A stretch of DNA of 38,126 nucleotides from IMG/VR virus record IMGVR_UViG_3300020045_002341, positions 1 to 38,126 of that record, one strand, 5' to 3'. A program made the position numbers and the translations under genes. Shown here in pieces: positions 35,479-38,126 of this stretch (position 1 is its first letter; every line of letters starts with the position of its first letter). The notes under the pieces were generated by a model, which saw nothing but the letters and a program-made list of their open reading frames with translations, searched no databases and was not told the origin of the DNA. This DNA comes from a virus. Its lineage: Duplodnaviria; Caudoviricetes.

Positions 35479-36282
35479 ATGGATAAACCTACTTTTAATA
35501 ATAAGTCAGAGGAAATTAAGTGGTTAGTTGAAAATAAAGAGTTTTTAATTAACCAAAAGAAATCTTCAAATAAACACGCTGACATAATTCAATGTTCACC
35601 TGAATTAGTAGCTAAATCTAGCTCAAATAAAACTGAATCTACTACATCTGTTGATAATAGACTACAAGTTAAAGCTGTTATAAATACAACGGGTATAATT
35701 GATTCGCACATGGATTGCCATATTGAGGGCATTTGGACTAAATCCCTAAAGGAACAATCTTATATGCTTTGGTTGCAAGAACACGAATGTGAGTTTGAGT
35801 ATATCATTGCAGATTCAAAGAGCGACGAATTAAAAGCAAGCGTTAAAACAATGAGTTGGAAAGATTTAGGTTTTAACTTCGATGGTAATACACAGGCTTT
35901 AGTATTTGACGCAAAATTGAATAAGGAGCGTAACGAATTTATGTATAAGCAATATGCAAACGGCTGGGTTTTAAACCATTCGGTTGGAATGAGATATATT
36001 AAGTTGTATTTATGCGTTGATTCAAACGAACCTGAGTATACCCAAGAAAAAGAAGCATGGGATAAATACTATCCAATTGTTGTAAACAAAGAAGTAGCAG
36101 ACCAAAGAGGTTATTTTTGGGCTGTCACAGAAGCGAAGATAATTGAGGGTAGCGCGGTTGTAAAAGGTTCAAACTATGCAACACCAACGCTTTCAGTAAG
36201 CAATAAAAAAATTGAAGCCGTCGAAGACACTTCAAAACAAGAGCCGTCAGAAGACACTCAAAAACGAAGAAGACTTGTATAA
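35479..36282 (+). CDS. Prohead protease-like protein
   Basis: DSH-x-D...WLQEH...HSVG...EGSAVVKGSN resembles HK97-type protease; precedes capsid gene. Confidence 0.75.
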   Translation: MDKPTFNNKSEEIKWLVENKEFLINQKKSSNKHADIIQCSPELVAKSSSNKTESTTSVDNRLQVKAVINTTGIIDSHMDCHIEGIWTKSLKEQSYMLWLQEHECEFEYIIADSKSDELKASVKTMSWKDLGFNFDGNTQALVFDAKLNKERNEFMYKQYANGWVLNHSVGMRYIKLYLCVDSNEPEYTQEKEAWDKYYPIVVNKEVADQRGYFWAVTEAKIIEGSAVVKGSNYATPTLSVSNKKIEAVEDTSKQEPSEDTQKRRRLV

Positions 36283-36321
36283 GTCGAATTAAACAATTTA
36301 TTCATTTAAAAAACTTGTAAG

Positions 36322-37575
36322 ATGTTCGAAAAGAAATCACAGGAAGAAATCGACAAAATGACGGCTGAACAGTATGAAGCTTATGTTGTCGCTAAAGAAA
36401 CACACGAGGCTGGACTTCGTCAAAAAGAGATTGCAGATGCTATTGCAGAAGCAACAAAAAACAACGCAAGCAAAGAGCAAATTGAAGCGTTAGAAACTCA
36501 AAACAAAGCAATTGTTAAGGAATTAGAAGCTTTTGGATTGAGAATGAAAGCAATCAATGAAAAGCCATCTAATTTGACAACTGAAAAAACAGACTTAGAA
36601 AAGTTTATTTCTCGTGAAAACAAGAAAGATGCTGGATGGGAAGCTACAACCGTTAAGGCTGCTGCATTAATGACAACTGCTAACGTTATTCCTAACGTTG
36701 CTAGTGGATTCAATCAGTTGTTTGGTAACTACATTGACCCCGTAATTCATTCTGCACCTAAGCAAGATGTGTTCATTATGGGATTAGTTGATACACAAAT
36801 GGCACCAGGTTCTGAATCTGTATGGTATGTTGAACGTGTTAATGAAGATGGTGACGCTGCTTTTATCGCAGAGGGCGCATTGAAGCCTTTAGTTGATGGT
36901 GATTACCAAGAACGTAAAGTTGATATGAAAGAAGTTGCAGAGCGTTGGAAAATGACTAAGCGACTAATTAACCACGCTCCATCAGTAGTAGGTGATTTCA
37001 GAACACATGCAGACGAATTAATCCGTTTAAAAATGGACTCTGGTGTTTTAACTGGTGATGGTACTGGTAATAACTTGTCTGGTATTGCTGCTTTGGCTGC
37101 TCCATTTGTTGTTCCAACTCAATTGGCTAACTTCTACCCATCAGCAACTATCTTTGATGCTATTATGGCTGTTGCTACTTATGTACGCTTAAACAACTTT
37201 AAAGGTCAATTAACTTGTGTTTTAAATACGGTTTGGAAAGCTAAATTCTTTGGTAATAAAGAAGCTACAACAAATAACTACATCATGCCATCTTTCGTTG
37301 CTCCTGATGGGACTTCTGTTGGTGATGTAATGGTAGTATTTGAAAATGGTATGGATGCAGATTCAATTTTACTTGGTGATTTAAAACGATTTAAAGTTCG
37401 TATTGCTGAGGACGTGGAATATGCTGAGGGTTACGAGAATGATGATTTCTCTAAAAACTTAGTTTCACGTAAATTAGAATCTTTCTTAGCTTGTTATTTA
37501 CCAGCCAACTATGCTGGGGCAATTATTTATGATGATATTGCAACGGTATTAACAGCAATTGAAGTAGCACCTTAA
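36322..37575 (+). CDS. Major capsid protein (HK97 fold)
   Basis: Coiled-coil delta-like N-terminus, AEGALKP, LTGDGTGNNLSGI, LLGDLK. Confidence 0.92.
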   Translation: MFEKKSQEEIDKMTAEQYEAYVVAKETHEAGLRQKEIADAIAEATKNNASKEQIEALETQNKAIVKELEAFGLRMKAINEKPSNLTTEKTDLEKFISRENKKDAGWEATTVKAAALMTTANVIPNVASGFNQLFGNYIDPVIHSAPKQDVFIMGLVDTQMAPGSESVWYVERVNEDGDAAFIAEGALKPLVDGDYQERKVDMKEVAERWKMTKRLINHAPSVVGDFRTHADELIRLKMDSGVLTGDGTGNNLSGIAALAAPFVVPTQLANFYPSATIFDAIMAVATYVRLNNFKGQLTCVLNTVWKAKFFGNKEATTNNYIMPSFVAPDGTSVGDVMVVFENGMDADSILLGDLKRFKVRIAEDVEYAEGYENDDFSKNLVSRKLESFLACYLPANYAGAIIYDDIATVLTAIEVAP

Positions 37576-37598
37576 TTATAAATTAAAAACAAGTAATC

Positions 37599-37805
37599 AT
37601 GGCAGAAGCTAAAGAACCAACGTTAAACTCTAAAGAAATGTTAGAGAATGCTGGAAAAGAAAACAGAAAAGTAAGATACAACGAGCGAATGCAAGTTGAA
37701 ATAATTGCAGATACTAAGCACTACAAAAAAGGTATGGTAATTAATCCACACACCGTAGTAGGTGAGCAATTAATTAAAGATAAGATTGCTAAATCTGTTA
37801 AATAA
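37599..37805 (+). CDS. Small head-associated hypothetical protein
   Basis: 68 aa directly after capsid gene. Confidence 0.6.
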   Translation: MAEAKEPTLNSKEMLENAGKENRKVRYNERMQVEIIADTKHYKKGMVINPHTVVGEQLIKDKIAKSVK

Positions 37806-37823
37806 CCGAATAAAACAATAAAG

Positions 37824-38126
37824 ATGGTCACAACACCGAGTTTATACACAGGAAAATACCAGATAGCACAAGACACGCTAACACAAAGTAAGCTTCAAAA
37901 GTACATTGATTTGTACGAGCCTATCTATTTAGCAAAGGTTTTTGGTGCTACATTTTCCCAGCAATTTACAAGTGTTCCAACTGACCCAGATTTATTGTTT
38001 ATTTTCGAACCCTTTACAATAGATGTAGAATGTAATAGGCTATTGGTTAGTGATGGAGTCGCAAATATGCTTTGTGGCTTCATCTACTACCATTATATGG
38101 TTGATGCAAACATTCAAGTTAACCAA
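37824..38126 (+). CDS. 5' part of putative head-tail adaptor (continues at position 1)
   Basis: MVTTPSLYTGKYQIAQ...LQKYIDLYEPIYL; open to window end and in frame with ORF 38-310. Confidence 0.7.
   Translation, partial: MVTTPSLYTGKYQIAQDTLTQSKLQKYIDLYEPIYLAKVFGATFSQQFTSVPTDPDLLFIFEPFTIDVECNRLLVSDGVANMLCGFIYYHYMVDANIQVNQ

Noticed and set aside
38006-38126. Biological terminal repeat
   Set aside because: Falls mid-gene and has a k-mer-like length; best explained as assembler overlap
1-38126. tRNA or rRNA genes
   Set aside because: No cloverleaf or rRNA-like sequence recognised in the short intergenic gaps

Overview
This window is an apparently complete, circularly assembled AT-rich tailed-phage genome (about 38,005 bp unique; bases 1-121 repeat exactly at 38006-38126). 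The long tape measure and lack of a recognisable sheath suggest a siphovirus. The host is probably a Bacteroidota/Flavobacteriales bacterium, judged from TAnnTTTG promoters, A-rich SD-less starts and a DUF3127 protein. Modules are tail (307-15215), lysis (15248-17162), early/replication/recombination (17240-32176) and packaging/head (32173 through the origin); the portal gene is inverted. No integrase, repressor, polymerase or helicase was recognised. The main unexplained structure is three integron-cassette-like units (17510-18466, 27046-27328, 27329-27769). Each has a 125-127 nt attC-like hairpin with the gene's first ATG inside it and a complementary core site at the gene's 3' end. They appear inserted at GTTAAC sites in a genome with no recombinase. 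Other signals: a five-copy promoter architecture with fixed spacing, two putative anti-start-codon sRNAs, a kissing-loop leader before the replication initiator, and a small GG-motif peptide plus membrane protein before the holin. Family assignments come from motif recognition by eye, not database searches.
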